A DNA stretch of 64,000 bases from Phoronis australis (lineage: Eukaryota > Animalia > Phoronida): NCBI GenBank assembly GCA_002633005.1, contig NMRA01000386.1, positions 85,373-149,372 of the forward strand. The letters are read 5' to 3'. The notes below the pieces were generated by a model. The model had not been told where the DNA came from and searched no databases. It saw only the letters and a program-made list of their open reading frames with translations. Positions 61,561 through 64,000 of the stretch are shown one piece after another; position 1 is the first letter of the stretch, and every line of letters starts with the position of its first letter. Position numbers and translations under genes: made by a program.

Positions 61561-64000
61561 TAGTCCAGTCATTCTAGGGCTCCAGGGTGCCCAACCTAGA
61601 AAAAATTGCAACAGAAGGTATATTGAATAAATGGTATCTTCAAGCATCCCTTGGTGCCAGAAAAAATGTCTACCGAAATAGGCGTGGCGGAAGTCGGTTT
61701 TTCAAGATGGCGAAAAAATGGCCGCCTAAACCGGTGTTTACTGCTTTCTGGCATGTTGCTCATATGCAACAGCTGGAAATAAAACAATAAAGTTTGTCAT
61801 TGATTTTATACTTTTCGTAACAGGCATACCAATGAAAAGATCCCAATTTTCCGTAAACGAAAACCAATATGGCCGACAAAATGGCTGCCGAAACGGCAAT
61901 TTGGCTCATTTTGAAAGATTTCTTTTTATATTTTGCCCTGAAAATGGCGAAATTATTATTCTTTTGTAAGTTAGACAATTGAAAATATCTGGACCTTACA
62001 ACTGATCACTGGATAAAGAGAAAAAAACAAGATGGCTGAAAAAATGGCCGCCAAAATGGCCGCCAATTCACATAACCCTAATTTAAAGAATTTACGTTCT
62101 GCAAACTTTGTTTGTAACCTGACTGTTTCTATGATTTATTTTTCGGATCTAGATACTAAATGTGGAATTTTAATCACATTTTAGATTACATAACGTAAAA
62201 TTTGGTGTATTTTTCAGAAAAGACTTCAGTTAAATTTTCATAATAAATTTCACACACTCAATTATTTTTCTGTAAAATACATTCATTTGAGGTATCAAAA
62301 ATAATATTTCTTGGAAAAATATTAATTTCTGGTGGAGTTATTGTCTTATTCATTTCACAAACCCTGAATAAGATTGGGCAGGAAGTGGCTTTTTCTCTGC
62401 TATTGGAGATATAATTAGATGTTCCCAAGCAATGATTTCGTCTGCTGCTGGCATGTGGTGAGAATTTGACTGTTGATTTCATCTGGATTTGATGAAAAGC
62501 AAATAAAATTGGGTAACAAAAAGTTAATAATTAAATTTTAACATTTAGTACTCACAATTTGTTTAGTTTCCATGCTTTTTATGAACATACACTGTAGGTA
62601 TCTGATTTTAGAGGAAATTAGTGCCAGCAAACAAAACGACTGCAGTCACTTGTTCTTAGCCAGGCTTGGCAGATTTCATACTGAGATGAGCTTTCTGGGA
62701 TGTATTGGATATGTAATATCAGGCACAGGGCTTCTTGAGACGGTGCATGCATCAAACAGTGTAACCCTTATGTCCCACTTCCAAACATTGAAAGACCAAG
62801 TAACGCCAATCCAGAACCAATGAAGAAAGAAGTTCCGGTTCTTCAGAAATCCCAAGAGTCCCGAATGTCACCAACACAGAACACACAGATTCCGTTCCAA
62901 GAGGGGGAGCAATTCAATACTTGTACACCAACGTTGGCTCGTTTGAATATGGAGGCAGATTCTCCAGACATCCCAACTGATCAAATAACTAAATGTATAC
63001 GCGGGGGCAAGAAATGCACAGCCAATGTCTTCCAATTTTGAACCTCGGATAACAGTGGAATACCCTCACGAGAGTTCACTTCTGGCTTCCGACCTACTGC
63101 CACTGTATATTCAAACACGACTGAATCGGAGTATAGGTCTTCAGAATTCGATGTGACAAATAATAGTTCGTCAGAAGAACCAATGGCCAATGATATACTT
63201 GATGATGATTTGAGAGGTGGTCTGAAGCTGTATGATGATCTTATTGCTGGAATGACGTCAGCGTGCAGCGACGTATGCTCGTCCGAGTCTCTTGAAGGTA
63301 TCCATAGAAAATCGAACCACATAAATTAGACTTGTCCTTGCAAAGTCGAATCATTAGTCTTTGGCTACAGTATATGAAGATGACTGACATCCTTCGACTT
63401 TTTTATAAGCAGAAATAACGTCAGATTGGGAGCTTCACCTAAAAGCAGTTTCTAAAATGCTGCCTTACTTTGCAGCTGCTGGTCACAACTCTTATGCAAA
63501 ATCTGCATACATATACTTGCAGCAGGCGCAGCAACTCAAAGACACCCGTCCAGATGTCATAAGTCAAAGTGACAGATTTTGGGCAGGTTTGTCATATGAT
63601 ATTGTAATTGAACAAACGCTCATGAAAAGTATTATTGCGAAATGGGAAACACGCAAAATGCACCGTGGCTGCTTGCCTTGCCGGCTTGCTCAAGTATAAA
63701 TGGTGCCATGCAGACTGTAACAAACTTGACTTGTGAAACATGTCAGCAGCATAAACAGTGTACCCGGGCAAGACAGTGGCGTGACGACAAAGATATCCGC
63801 AGCCTTGTTGAATTCCTCGACAACAGAAACCCATTTTAAAGAGAAACATTAATAACAGAACATCGCCACTGGTGTGACTGCCGGCACGCGCCTCAATGCC
63901 GAAAATGGCAGAGAAGTAGGGAAGACGATTCGCTTGTCTATGGAGGAGGCAAGTGTGAAAGACTTCACATTCAGAAAGAAAAACAAGGTTGTGGCAATGA
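61561..64000 (+). mobile_element. AcademX-type DNA transposon derivative (copy B), running off the right edge
   Basis: Starts TAGTCCAGTCATTCTAGGGCTCCAG and is colinear with the reverse complement of copy A. Remnants LARLGRFHTEMSFLGCIG and MLPYFAAAGHNSYAKSAYIYLQ...DRFWAGLSYDIVIEQTLMKS. Confidence 0.82.

Overview
AT-rich eukaryotic (animal) DNA; the repeat families suggest a marine invertebrate, probably a mollusc (inference). I could reconstruct one host gene by hand on the minus strand: a secreted astacin (M12A) metalloprotease with BP10/SpAN-like architecture (signal peptide, propeptide, catalytic domain, EGF, CUB). It has nine GT-AG exons with matching phases from 39867 down to 6433 and probably continues beyond the left edge. 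Its introns and the upstream ~24 kb are full of degraded transposons: a full-length Mag-clade Gypsy element (very short LTRs, 4-bp TSD, tRNA-Ser PBS), Tx1/L1 and CR1/L2 LINE pieces, two head-to-head AcademX derivatives, a Sola3-like element, Kolobok-like THAP remnants, a DIRS/Ngaro tyrosine-recombinase fragment, a Penelope fold-back and several MITEs. The most unusual signal is two Helentron-type elements whose internal ~145-bp repeats each carry a CTCF-consensus-like motif. The two arrays are convergent and bracket the 5' half of the gene. I saw no rRNA, tRNA gene or CRISPR array. All family calls come from recalled motifs; no searches were run.
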